Source: a virus. From it: DNA of 64,000 nt. Made by a program: the position numbers and the translations under genes. Below, in pieces: positions 38,672-47,673 of the stretch (positions are counted from its first letter, which is position 1; the number at the start of each line of letters is the position of its first letter). Below the pieces are notes generated by a model. That model saw nothing but the letters and a program-made list of their open reading frames with translations, searched no databases and was not told the origin of the DNA. The stretch is taken from IMG/VR virus record IMGVR_UViG_3300025151_000017, positions 1 through 64,000 of that record, one strand, 5' to 3'.

Positions 38672-38851
38672 ATGAACGCACAAGCATATTTAATGGAACA
38701 ATATAATAAAGTAAATTTTAAACATCAAGAACTTCATGCTGAAGTCGAAAAATATAAGTACGACTCGGAGAAGGTTAAAACACTAAAACACATGAAGTTG
38801 AAACTAAAAGATAAAATGACTAAATTGGAGACACAATTAGGAATTAGTTAA
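38672..38851 (+). CDS. Small coiled-coil protein, DUF465/YdcH-like
   Basis: MNAQAYLMEQYNKVNFKHQELHAEVEKYKYDSEKVKTLKHMKLKLKDKMTKLETQLGIS; AGGAG RBS; not in the ORF track. Confidence 0.55.
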   Translation: MNAQAYLMEQYNKVNFKHQELHAEVEKYKYDSEKVKTLKHMKLKLKDKMTKLETQLGIS

Positions 38852-39414
38852 TGAATATTCTAGATAATGTAAAAGGTGAATTAATACCATACGACGATCC
38901 GATACTAACTTCCCCACAAGAAGATTGGAAGTTTGACGAGTATCCGCAGGAAGAAGCTGCAAAACTTGGATTGTTGTTAATCGAATCTTCTAAAAAATTA
39001 GGAGGAGCAGGTTTGTCGGCAAACCAAATAGGATTGCCTTACAAAGTTTTTTGCCTTACTCCTGAAGAAAGTTTCGGATTACCGAACATGGCAATGTTCA
39101 ACATGGAGATAGAAGAGTCCTCGGAAGATGTAAATACAATGACCGAAGGTTGCCTATCTCGACCCAACCTCTGGCTCATGGTCACAAGACCTAGAGTAAT
39201 CAAAGTAAAATACCAAACATTTACAGGCGAAGAAGTAAGAACAACCCTTAATGGTTATCTTGCTCGTGTGTTCCAACATGAGTATGACCATATGCTAGGC
39301 ATCGATTTTACACAACGAGTGTCTAAGATGAAGCTAGATAGAGCCATCAAAAAGATGAAAAAAGACGAAAAAAAGGGTAGAACAACGCAGGTAATTAGAG
39401 GAAATTTCAATTAA
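38851..39414 (+). CDS. def: Peptide deformylase
   Basis: GAGLSANQIG, EGCLS and QHEYDH motifs. Confidence 0.95.
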   Translation: MNILDNVKGELIPYDDPILTSPQEDWKFDEYPQEEAAKLGLLLIESSKKLGGAGLSANQIGLPYKVFCLTPEESFGLPNMAMFNMEIEESSEDVNTMTEGCLSRPNLWLMVTRPRVIKVKYQTFTGEEVRTTLNGYLARVFQHEYDHMLGIDFTQRVSKMKLDRAIKKMKKDEKKGRTTQVIRGNFN

Positions 39415-39514
39415 AGTTATAAGTATTTGTTTTTTAATAACAAAAAAGTTTAAAAAAAGTAAAAAAAACCTTTACTTTTGGAACAAATTCAGGTAGAATA
39501 CTTGTATAAATTGA
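39413..39514 (+). repeat. ~100-bp promoter repeat, copy 1 (IHF-like box, inverted repeat, early promoter)
   Basis: Near-identical to 44744-44845. Confidence 0.85.
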
Positions 39515-39531
39515 AAAAGTTGAGAGGTAAT

Positions 39532-41862
39532 ATGACTAATTCTAAAGATGTTCTTGCTAAATTGCTTAGTACGGAAGATGTAAATGTCGTTCGTGCTGAA
39601 GTTCCTACTGCATCATTCGATGTAAAAAATCGTGTCCTTACACTTCCTACATTCGTAAATGTAGATGAGTCGGTTGAAAACCTTATGATTGGTCACGAGG
39701 TTGGTCATGCTCTTTGGACTCCAGTAAAAGGAGTGACTGAAGAAATGGCTAAGGATAAACTTCTTAAAGCATATGCCAATGTTATTGAAGATGTTCGTAT
39801 CGAGAAAATGATACAAGCTGAATATCCTGGATTGCGTCAAGACTTTATTAAAGGTTATAAGAAACTTGCTGATGACGACTTCTTCGGTATCGGTAAAAAA
39901 GATATCAACTCTCTTCAACTTATTGACAAAATTAATCTTTACTTCAAGATTGGTCTTAAATCTGGTATCAAGTTTTCTAAAGAAGAGTTCGAGATTGTAT
40001 CTCGTGTAGACAGCTGTAAAACTTTCAAAGAAGTAATTACTCTTGCTAAAGAACTTTCTAATTACTCTCGTAAGAAAAAACAAGAGGAAGAAGAAGCAAT
40101 GAAGCAAGAGATGCAAGCTATATCTGATGAGTTAGCTGAAATGGATCTTGAAGAAGAACTTGAAGATCTTCAAGAGGTTGGTGGAGATGTTGATGATGGT
40201 GATTCTGATGATGAAACAACTGAAGAAGAGTCTGAAGAATCTGAAGCTGGCAACGCATTCGGTGACCAAGCTGGTGATACTCAGCAAGAGCAAACTGCTG
40301 GTGAGTTTGATAATCCTTATGACTATAATGATGATGAAGAACTTAGAGGTTTCACTCAAGACAACTTAGATAAAACTATGAGCGACCATGCTCAGTTCGA
40401 GGGTAAGATCTTTCGCAATGTTGAAGTCCCAGAGTTTCCTTTCGGTGTAGATCCTATTATTGACCACAAAGAAGTCATGAATATCTTGACTAAGAGAGGA
40501 ACTAATCGTTGGGGTGAGGAAGAAGATACTCCTCTGAGTAAAATGATGAACGATTCTAAATTCATTACTGATAGTGGTCATTATGCATATCTTCCAGAGA
40601 TTGACTGGAATACTGATAACTGGGAAAAAGATCGTGGTAGAAAATTCTTGGGTTATACTTCTGGTGCTTACTATAAAGAAGATTACAAAAACTTCCAAGA
40701 GTCTATCAAAAAAGATATTGACTTTATGGTAAAAGAGTTCGAGATGAAAAAGTCTGCTCAAAGATATGCTCGTACTCAAACTGCTAAGTCTGGTCAGTTG
40801 AATGTAAATAAACTTTACAGCTACAAGCTGACTGAAGATCTTTTCAAAAGAGTACAAGTATGTGCCGATGATAAAAATCATGGTTTCATTATGCTAGTTG
40901 ACTGGTCTGGTTCTATGCATAATGTAATGAGAGATACTATGCGTCAGGTTATTACTCTTGCGACTTTCTGTCGTAAAGTAAATATTCCTTTCCAAGTTCT
41001 TGCTTTCTCTAACCACGATAACTACTCTGCTAATGCTTCTCAAAAAGAAAGTGAGCAGTACAAAAAAGTTGTAGAGTATTACCAAGTGGAAAAAGAGCAA
41101 TTACACTTTATGAGTAGATCTTCATGTTGGTTGTATGAATTGCTTACTCACGAGATGTCTCAAAAAGATTTTGATGAAATGGCATTTATGATGCATAGTT
41201 TCATGTGGCACTACTCTTACACTTTATCTTTGAGTGGTACACCTCTTACTGAAGCACTTGAGTGTTCTGTTGGTATCGTTGGTCGTTTCATCAAGAAACA
41301 CAATATTGATAAAATGAATTTTATCACTCTTACTGATGGTGCTGGTTATGCTAAAGGTATGCAAGATAACTGGGAAAAGATGGACCAAGTATATGGTAAA
41401 GGTTGGAATGGTCGATGGAAAGAAAAGATTGATACTCTTATCGATCCTGTCACCAAGAAAAAATACATAGTTTCAGGTGATAGAGAAAAATACGACTGGG
41501 CATACTTGGATATGATTAGTAATAGGTACAACTGTTCAACTGTCGGATACTTTATCGGTAGAAATACTTATCAAGGAATCCGTGAGTTTGCTCACTTCAA
41601 TATCAAAGGAGACATGTGGTCTTTGGACTTGGACAAGATGAGAGCCACTTGTCGTAAGAATGGTGGCTGGATGTCACTAAAAGATTGTGGTCGTGACGAG
41701 ATGTTCTTCCTAGATTCTAAGAAACTTAATCCTGTCTCACAAGAGATAGAGGTTGATGGTCAGAAGTCATCTGCTCAGATTGCTAGAGCATTCTCTAAAG
41801 GTATGAAACAAAACAGGCAGAGTAAAGTTCTAATGAGCACATTCGTAGAGAGGGTAGCATAA
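39532..41862 (+). CDS. CobT-like protein: N-terminal HExxH zincin-like domain, acidic linker, C-terminal VWA domain
   Basis: HEVGH, NVIEDVRIE, LVDWSGSM MIDAS, LSGTPL and LTDG; ATG 39532 follows GAGG. Confidence 0.8.
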   Translation: MTNSKDVLAKLLSTEDVNVVRAEVPTASFDVKNRVLTLPTFVNVDESVENLMIGHEVGHALWTPVKGVTEEMAKDKLLKAYANVIEDVRIEKMIQAEYPGLRQDFIKGYKKLADDDFFGIGKKDINSLQLIDKINLYFKIGLKSGIKFSKEEFEIVSRVDSCKTFKEVITLAKELSNYSRKKKQEEEEAMKQEMQAISDELAEMDLEEELEDLQEVGGDVDDGDSDDETTEEESEESEAGNAFGDQAGDTQQEQTAGEFDNPYDYNDDEELRGFTQDNLDKTMSDHAQFEGKIFRNVEVPEFPFGVDPIIDHKEVMNILTKRGTNRWGEEEDTPLSKMMNDSKFITDSGHYAYLPEIDWNTDNWEKDRGRKFLGYTSGAYYKEDYKNFQESIKKDIDFMVKEFEMKKSAQRYARTQTAKSGQLNVNKLYSYKLTEDLFKRVQVCADDKNHGFIMLVDWSGSMHNVMRDTMRQVITLATFCRKVNIPFQVLAFSNHDNYSANASQKESEQYKKVVEYYQVEKEQLHFMSRSSCWLYELLTHEMSQKDFDEMAFMMHSFMWHYSYTLSLSGTPLTEALECSVGIVGRFIKKHNIDKMNFITLTDGAGYAKGMQDNWEKMDQVYGKGWNGRWKEKIDTLIDPVTKKKYIVSGDREKYDWAYLDMISNRYNCSTVGYFIGRNTYQGIREFAHFNIKGDMWSLDLDKMRATCRKNGGWMSLKDCGRDEMFFLDSKKLNPVSQEIEVDGQKSSAQIARAFSKGMKQNRQSKVLMSTFVERVA

Positions 41863-42362
41863 TGTCAGCAGAAGCAAAGTTTTGTAAGTTGTATGAAGAA
41901 ATGTATGACTTTTGTGAAGAAAATGATTTGGGAGATCCTTTCGTTGGTGGCAGAGGTAAAGAGATCCACATGGCTGGAATGTTAGGACATAAAGTAAGTG
42001 AGACATTTTCAGGTGCAGATGCTTATGACGAGGAAGGTGGTTGTGAATATAAATCAACCATTAGTCGCCATTGGAAAATTAAATATACAGTCTCTATCCA
42101 GTCGACATGGAAAAAACAATTAGATTATTTAAGGCATGAAAAAATTGTCAAATACAAAAACCATTACCATGCAAGATACGAAGGTGGTAAGGTTGTTGAA
42201 TTGTGGAAGCTGTCTGGTGAGGATGTATTAAAACTCCTGAGACCAAAGCTGAAACGAGCATATGATAACTTAAAGAAAAGTGATATGAACAAAGCATGCC
42301 CAGTACTCAAAGCAGAACTTTGTGGGCAAGAGATTACTTCACATGGTGAGCGAATCATATGA
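41862..42362 (+). CDS. Putative PD-(D/E)xK endonuclease, PvuII-like
   Basis: GADAYDEEGGCEYKS catalytic-type motif; see findings. Confidence 0.55.
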   Translation: MSAEAKFCKLYEEMYDFCEENDLGDPFVGGRGKEIHMAGMLGHKVSETFSGADAYDEEGGCEYKSTISRHWKIKYTVSIQSTWKKQLDYLRHEKIVKYKNHYHARYEGGKVVELWKLSGEDVLKLLRPKLKRAYDNLKKSDMNKACPVLKAELCGQEITSHGERII

Positions 42363-42664
42363 CAGAACAAGAAATAAAAGAAAAGATTAAGCAAAGACGA
42401 ACACAGATGTTAGTCCACTCCTGCATATATTATGAGTTGAATGACAACATTGTACCTGATGCAGTGTGGCAGAAGTGGGCTGACGAACTTCGTGATTTGC
42501 AAAACGAACATCCATTGCTTTGTCAAATAGAACATTTTGATGAAGCATTCGCTCGGTGGGATGGATCCACTGGTCATCATTTACCTCTCAGAGATCCGTG
42601 GGTTTTTAACCGAGCGACACAATTACTTGAAGCAAAAGAGAAAGGATTTGGCTCATGGCTGTAA
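42359..42664 (+). CDS. Stand-alone NAD-dependent ligase domain Ia-like protein
   Basis: HSCIYYELNDNIVPDAVWQKWADELRDLQNEHP resembles LigA H..YY..D.P.I.D.EYD.L..EL..LE..HP. Confidence 0.65.
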   Translation: MTEQEIKEKIKQRRTQMLVHSCIYYELNDNIVPDAVWQKWADELRDLQNEHPLLCQIEHFDEAFARWDGSTGHHLPLRDPWVFNRATQLLEAKEKGFGSWL

Positions 42665-42876
42665 AAGAAAAAACACCAGCACCCAATGCTAAACTAAGAT
42701 ACCATGTAAAACGAAAAGGCAAAAGATTTGCTGTTATCGAAAATGGTGGAGATTATGTAAACAAAGTTATACATGAAACTTCTGATAAAAAAGAAGCATA
42801 TGCCATTTCTAAATTACAAGGGAGAACACAACAATGGGCACCCAATGGTGGTGTGCCTTTGTTTCTATGCCCATGA
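42655..42876 (+). CDS. Hypothetical protein
   Basis: 73-aa ORF with AAGGA RBS, coupled to neighbours. Confidence 0.5.
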   Translation: MAVKEKTPAPNAKLRYHVKRKGKRFAVIENGGDYVNKVIHETSDKKEAYAISKLQGRTQQWAPNGGVPLFLCP

Positions 42877-43538
42877 CATACATCGTTCCTGAAAAAGTTT
42901 ATTACATACATATCCCCAAAGCAGGTGGTACAAGTGAAAAGTACAAGCTGATAGATTTGTATGGCGATGCTTTGGTAGAAGTGCCTACAGGAAAACACAG
43001 TCCTTATGATGAGAAGTATGCCCATTATGATTGTATCTATACTCATGTAAGAAATCCACACACTCGAATGCTATCAATGTATTTGTTTCATTTTGAACTT
43101 AACCATATGCCAGAAAAACATATTGATAAGGAGAGATGGACTTTTCTTGATACAGAATTTAGATGGAAGATATCCAAAGTTTTTGGTTCAAACTGGAAAG
43201 ACATAAGTGATTTTGATAAACTAATTATGCAAAAAATGAAACCACTACATAGTAATATCTCACCTGATAATTATGTGAAGTGGTTAGAGTTGGTGGGCAA
43301 AGCTAACGATAGGATGGATCCTAATGCAGAAAAAAACTCAATAATTCGTCCATTCGTTCAACAGCATTTGTGGGTATCAGATAATGTACATGTGAAAAAG
43401 ATTGAAGATGAAAAAGGTTTCGCAAAATTAAACCAAACAAGCAGAATGCCTGGACATAATGATGATGAATATCTAGAAGCAGGTCGTTCACTTATTGAGC
43501 AATATTACTCAGAAGATTTAAGGAGGTTCGGATATTAA
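42873..43538 (+). CDS. Sulfotransferase family 2-like protein
   Basis: IHIPKAGGTS (5'-PSB loop), VRNPHTRMLSMY (3'-PB) and YYSEDLRRFGY. Confidence 0.8.
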   Translation: MTYIVPEKVYYIHIPKAGGTSEKYKLIDLYGDALVEVPTGKHSPYDEKYAHYDCIYTHVRNPHTRMLSMYLFHFELNHMPEKHIDKERWTFLDTEFRWKISKVFGSNWKDISDFDKLIMQKMKPLHSNISPDNYVKWLELVGKANDRMDPNAEKNSIIRPFVQQHLWVSDNVHVKKIEDEKGFAKLNQTSRMPGHNDDEYLEAGRSLIEQYYSEDLRRFGY

Positions 43539-44376
43539 AACATATTCAGGATACAAAGGTGTAATAGGAATATTAACCAGCACCCATCAAAGTGTTCAAC
43601 AAGTATTGCGTTGTATGGAGTCTTGTAAAGGATATCCTATCTGGGTACATGATAATAGCAATGACTCGAATCATATTCAGATAATGGAAAAGGCAGTAAA
43701 AAATAGGTGCCATTATTTTTCTTCTAGTATTTCTAATAATACTCCAGGCAAGGGAAAAAATACTTTGATGAAACAATTTGCTATGGACACCAACTTAAGA
43801 TTTTTTGATTACTGCTATTTGATAGATAGCGATGATGAATGGGGAGACACCTTACCTGAATTATTTAAGAAGCATTACACTGGAGATATCTTACTGTTAT
43901 CTGGTCAGAAAAATCTTTGGCATGGTAAATCATTAAAAACTCATGCTGAGATGGTAAAAGAAGTTCTTAATCATGTTGGCGAAGACTACACTGTTCCAGA
44001 CTTCTCTACGAAAACTATGATGGAAATGAATGAGATGCTTTCTAAGTTTTATAAACACCCAAATGGCGAACAGGGTACAGTAAATAGACTAATAGGATTT
44101 AATAAAACAGCACACCATAAACTTCAGTTCCATGAAGATATTCGTATGGGTGAAGATCTTCTGTTTATGGTAGATGCTGTAATGGCAGAAAAAAGAGGAG
44201 AACTGAAACTAAATTATTTACACGATGAAAATCTATATGTTTACAATATGAACGAGCAAGGTGTATGGATATATAATATGACCAGACCAAAAGAGAAGTG
44301 GCTCAGTTTATTTAGAAGCCACTTACCGAAATCACTTCCAAGAAACATTCACAAATATAAGGTAGAGTGGATATGA
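43534..44376 (+). CDS. Glycosyltransferase, GT2/GT-A-like; start uncertain
   Basis: VIGILTS...LRCMES, YLIDSDD (DxD) and GEDLLF; the frame is open upstream of 43606 to 43522. Confidence 0.65.
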   Translation: MKTYSGYKGVIGILTSTHQSVQQVLRCMESCKGYPIWVHDNSNDSNHIQIMEKAVKNRCHYFSSSISNNTPGKGKNTLMKQFAMDTNLRFFDYCYLIDSDDEWGDTLPELFKKHYTGDILLLSGQKNLWHGKSLKTHAEMVKEVLNHVGEDYTVPDFSTKTMMEMNEMLSKFYKHPNGEQGTVNRLIGFNKTAHHKLQFHEDIRMGEDLLFMVDAVMAEKRGELKLNYLHDENLYVYNMNEQGVWIYNMTRPKEKWLSLFRSHLPKSLPRNIHKYKVEWI

Positions 44377-44447
44377 GCAAGTTTAAATTTTATCTAGAAA
44401 TAATTACCTGTCTGTTTATTATCGCAGGTGTGCTACGACATTTTTAA
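44373..44447 (+). CDS. Possible 24-aa membrane peptide
   Basis: MSKFKFYLEIITCLFIIAGVLRHF; ATGA overlap with the upstream stop. Confidence 0.4.
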   Translation: MSKFKFYLEIITCLFIIAGVLRHF

Positions 44448-44463
44448 CGAGGAGAACTATATC

Positions 44464-44757
44464 ATGGGAAAACACATCAAAACAAGTATGGACTATAAAG
44501 TCATTGACTATCTAGCCATTGAATTGTGGAGAAAGGATCCAAACAACAAAGTGCTACATACATTTATGGGCATGAAAAATGAAGAGGGCAATCAAATTAA
44601 TAAAGCGATTGACACTTATGAGAAGACAGGCGAGTTCCCGACCCATTACAATACTGATGGGACATGGCAATATGAGTCTGGACAGATAAGTTTTGACGCA
44701 TTTTTACAGCATGAAGACCCCACTGGAATAGAAAAAGCAAAAAAAAGTTATAAGTAA
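44464..44757 (+). CDS. Hypothetical protein
   Basis: GAGGAG RBS before MGKHIKTS. Confidence 0.55.
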   Translation: MGKHIKTSMDYKVIDYLAIELWRKDPNNKVLHTFMGMKNEEGNQINKAIDTYEKTGEFPTHYNTDGTWQYESGQISFDAFLQHEDPTGIEKAKKSYK

Positions 44758-44845
44758 TTGATTTTTAATAGCAAAATAATTTAAAAAAAGTAAAAAAGTC
44801 CTTTACTTTTGGATCAAAATCAGGTAGAATACTTGTATAAATTGA
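44744..44845 (+). repeat. ~100-bp promoter repeat, copy 2
   Basis: Near-identical to 39413-39514; TTTACT 44802 and TAGAAT 44825. Confidence 0.85.
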
Positions 44846-44870
44846 TAATGTTAATAGTGAGGTATATATT

Positions 44871-46058
44871 ATGACAAACTTATCTAAAGAAACTGCCTTC
44901 TTAGAAAAAGCATTTGAGCTTTTTCCTGAAGTTAGTGAGTCAAGAGAAATGACTCATTCACAGCTTCAAGCTGTGAGGGATGCTGGGGTATCGGTTCCTG
45001 GCACAGTATGGGAAAACAAAGTTGCTGGTTCACGACCTGCTCTTTATGTTATTCCTGGTGGTTCGGTGACTGCTCCGATTGCTTCAGAGCCAGTTGTTTC
45101 TGAGCCTGCTCCGATTGTTGCTCAAAAATCTTCAGTGGTTTCTACCACTCTAGATAAAAACAGTTTGGTTCCTGCGAAGGATCCTAACTATGTTCCTTTC
45201 GGAAACTACAGAGATCTACAGGTTATTATTAAATCTGGTATGTTCTACCCTGCCTACATTACAGGTCCTACTGGTAATGGTAAATCTACTTCTGTTGAGC
45301 AGATTTGTGCTAATACCAACAAACCTTTAATTCGTGTAAACCTTAACACCATGACTGATGAAGACCAATTGATTGGTTCTAAAACTTTGGTTGATGGTAA
45401 TGTTGAGATCGTAGAAGGTCCAATCGTTATCGCCATGAGATATGGTATCCCTCTTCTTCTTGATGAGATTGATGCTGGTGGTGCTAACACCCTTCTTTGT
45501 TTACAGCCGATCCTTGAAGGAAAGCCATTTTATTTCAAACTTAAAAATGAAATGATTACTCCTGCTAAAGGATTTAATATCTTTGCTACTGCTAACACCA
45601 AAGGTAAAGGATCTGACGATGGTCGATACATTGGTACGAATGTACTTAATGAAGCATTCCTTGAAAGGTTTGCTGTGACTTTCAATCAACCTTACCCAAG
45701 TGAAAAAGTTGAGTTGCAGATTGTTCAAAAGTTGTTTGTTCACTTTGGTTTTGCTGACCAGAAGAAAACTCTCAACATCAATCCACATCTTGATGACTTT
45801 GCTAAAAACTTAGTTAAGTGGGCAGCAGTTGTTCGTAAGACTTTTGATGATGGTGGGTGTGATGAAAACATCACGACTCGTAGATTGACTCACATTGTTC
45901 GTGCCTTCTCTATCTTCAAGAATGAGAAGAAAGCAATTGAACTTTGCTTGAACAGGTTTGATGATGTCACTAAAATGGCATTCCTTGACCTTTACACTAA
46001 AATCGCTTCAGGGGAACATGAAGATTCTCCTGAAGTTTCTGAAGAGGAGTCTGAATAA
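44871..46058 (+). CDS. CobS-like MoxR-family AAA+ ATPase
   Basis: GPTGNGKS, LLLDEID, ATANTKGKGSDDGRYIGTNVLNEAFLERF and TTRRL. Confidence 0.9.
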   Translation: MTNLSKETAFLEKAFELFPEVSESREMTHSQLQAVRDAGVSVPGTVWENKVAGSRPALYVIPGGSVTAPIASEPVVSEPAPIVAQKSSVVSTTLDKNSLVPAKDPNYVPFGNYRDLQVIIKSGMFYPAYITGPTGNGKSTSVEQICANTNKPLIRVNLNTMTDEDQLIGSKTLVDGNVEIVEGPIVIAMRYGIPLLLDEIDAGGANTLLCLQPILEGKPFYFKLKNEMITPAKGFNIFATANTKGKGSDDGRYIGTNVLNEAFLERFAVTFNQPYPSEKVELQIVQKLFVHFGFADQKKTLNINPHLDDFAKNLVKWAAVVRKTFDDGGCDENITTRRLTHIVRAFSIFKNEKKAIELCLNRFDDVTKMAFLDLYTKIASGEHEDSPEVSEEESE

Positions 46059-46495
46059 TGGAGTTAGTCGGATACGAAAATCTTACTAAGTTTCAGAGAC
46101 GATGGGTAGATAACATGATTGAGATCTACCCTGACCTCGTGAGTGGTGGTGCTATTACTCTTGAGCAATGTACCGAAGGCATCGTAAAGCTAAAAGCCAA
46201 ACATGCTGAGGATCCTACATTCCCCAAGATTGGTACACCTAATTGGAATTATAAAATCAACAAGATCGACAAAGGCATCTATTTCTTTCCTGCACCAAAT
46301 GCAGATCCTGAGATGGCGATTCGTGAAGCAGAGGATATAAGAATATCTCGTTTACCGAAACCGAAGTTTGTCATAAAAGACGAGGAAGATGCCGATTTCG
46401 TGAAGGAACTGAGGGAGTTCGGTATTGATATCGAAACCACTGAAGAGGGTGGTGCTTCAGTTCCTGACCTGAGGGATTCATCTGTTATTGACTGA
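46058..46495 (+). CDS. Hypothetical protein
   Basis: Coupled to the CobS-like gene (TAATG). Confidence 0.55.
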   Translation: MELVGYENLTKFQRRWVDNMIEIYPDLVSGGAITLEQCTEGIVKLKAKHAEDPTFPKIGTPNWNYKINKIDKGIYFFPAPNADPEMAIREAEDIRISRLPKPKFVIKDEEDADFVKELREFGIDIETTEEGGASVPDLRDSSVID

Positions 46496-46510
46496 CGATA
46501 GCTGATGATA

Positions 46511-46551
46511 GAGTGGGCAGGACTGCCATCTCCTGCCCACTTGTTTTTTTT
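46511..46551 (+). terminator. Rho-independent terminator
   Basis: gagtgggcagga/tcctgcccactt stem followed by a T-run. Confidence 0.85.
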
Positions 46552-46562
46552 ATAGTGGAGTA

Positions 46563-46639
46563 GGACTCGTAGCTCAACTGGACAGAGCAAGAGACTTCTA
46601 ATCTCTAGGTTGCAGGTTCGAGTCCTGCCGAGTTCGCCA
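46563..46639 (+). tRNA. tRNA-Arg (TCT)
   Basis: Acceptor GGACTCG/CGAGTTC, D-arm TAGCTCAACTGGACAGAGC, anticodon arm AGAGA-CTTCTAA-TCTCT, GGTTCGAGTCC T-arm, encoded CCA. Confidence 0.95.
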
Positions 46640-46676
46640 CTTTACTTTTAAGTTTTTTTAATATAGAGTATGTAAT

Positions 46677-46988
46677 ATGAAAAAGAAAATATCAGACATT
46701 ATTCCTATAGACTATAAATTTAATGAAGATAAACTTATTGAGGATTTTAAAAAATATATTGATAAGACTTATCAAGGACATTACAGTAAAAATTCATTTC
46801 AGGCAAGTGAGTTTATAATTGACTGTGGTCATGGTATGGGATTTTTTATGGGCAATGTATTGAAGTATGCCCAAAGGTATGGTAAGAAGGATGGCTACAA
46901 TCGAGCCGACATCTTAAAAATACTTCACTATGCGTTGATGGCTTTACATCAACATGATATAAACCAATCTGAGGAGAAAAATATATAA
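46677..46988 (+). CDS. DUF3310 family protein (putative nucleotide kinase)
   Basis: HYS...GFFMGNVLKYAQRYGKKDG...DILKILHY; promoter at 46641. Confidence 0.75.
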   Translation: MKKKISDIIPIDYKFNEDKLIEDFKKYIDKTYQGHYSKNSFQASEFIIDCGHGMGFFMGNVLKYAQRYGKKDGYNRADILKILHYALMALHQHDINQSEEKNI

Positions 46989-47653
46989 TGAAACTTTCGA
47001 AAGAAACTTTGAGTGTCCTTAAGAACTTTGCCACTATTAATGGCAACATTCTTATTAAGACTGGGAATCGTTTATCAACGATCTCCGCACAAAAAAATGT
47101 TATGGCTTCTACTACTGTCAGTGAAAACTTTGACAGTGACTTCGGGATCTATGACTTGAACGAGTTCTTGGGTGTGTACAGTTTATTTGCTGACGATCCT
47201 GAACTTGCATTTGATGAAAAATTTGTCACAGTTGCTAATGGCAAATCTAAAGTAAAGTATTTTGCTGCAGATCCATCAGTACTAGCATCGCCAACTAAAG
47301 ATGCTCTTCCTGTTGATGAAGATATTAAATTTGAATTATCTCGTTCATCTTACGACATGATTATGAAAACATCTTCAGTCCTAAGATCTAACGATGTATC
47401 TTTTATTGGTAAAGATGGTAATATCACTGTGGTTGTGGCTGATAAGAAAAATGCTACTTCTAATTCTTGGGACTCTGTTGTCGGTCAAACTGATAAAGAG
47501 TTTAAAGTGAACTTCAGGATTGATAATTTTAAAATGCTTGAGGGTGATTACGAAGTCTCTATTTCTAAGAAAAGGATTTCTAAGTTTGCTTCAAAGATGA
47601 ATGACTTGACTTACTTCATCGCAGTTGAAGCTGACTCTACTTTTGACTTTTAA
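46988..47653 (+). CDS. gp45: Sliding clamp gp45
   Basis: MKLSKETLSVLKNFATIN, FGIYDLNEFL and YFIAVE. Confidence 0.95.
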   Translation: MKLSKETLSVLKNFATINGNILIKTGNRLSTISAQKNVMASTTVSENFDSDFGIYDLNEFLGVYSLFADDPELAFDEKFVTVANGKSKVKYFAADPSVLASPTKDALPVDEDIKFELSRSSYDMIMKTSSVLRSNDVSFIGKDGNITVVVADKKNATSNSWDSVVGQTDKEFKVNFRIDNFKMLEGDYEVSISKKRISKFASKMNDLTYFIAVEADSTFDF

Positions 47654-47673
47654 TTTATTATGAGATTTATATT

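Noticed and set aside
39478-39531. TTG-start N-terminal extension of the VWA gene
   Set aside because: Overlaps the promoter repeat; ATG 39532 has a proper RBS
44871-46058. Cobalamin biosynthesis (cobS/cobT) as a metabolic function
   Set aside because: No cobN or other cob genes; phage CobS-like proteins are better read as MoxR AAA+/VWA chaperone pairs
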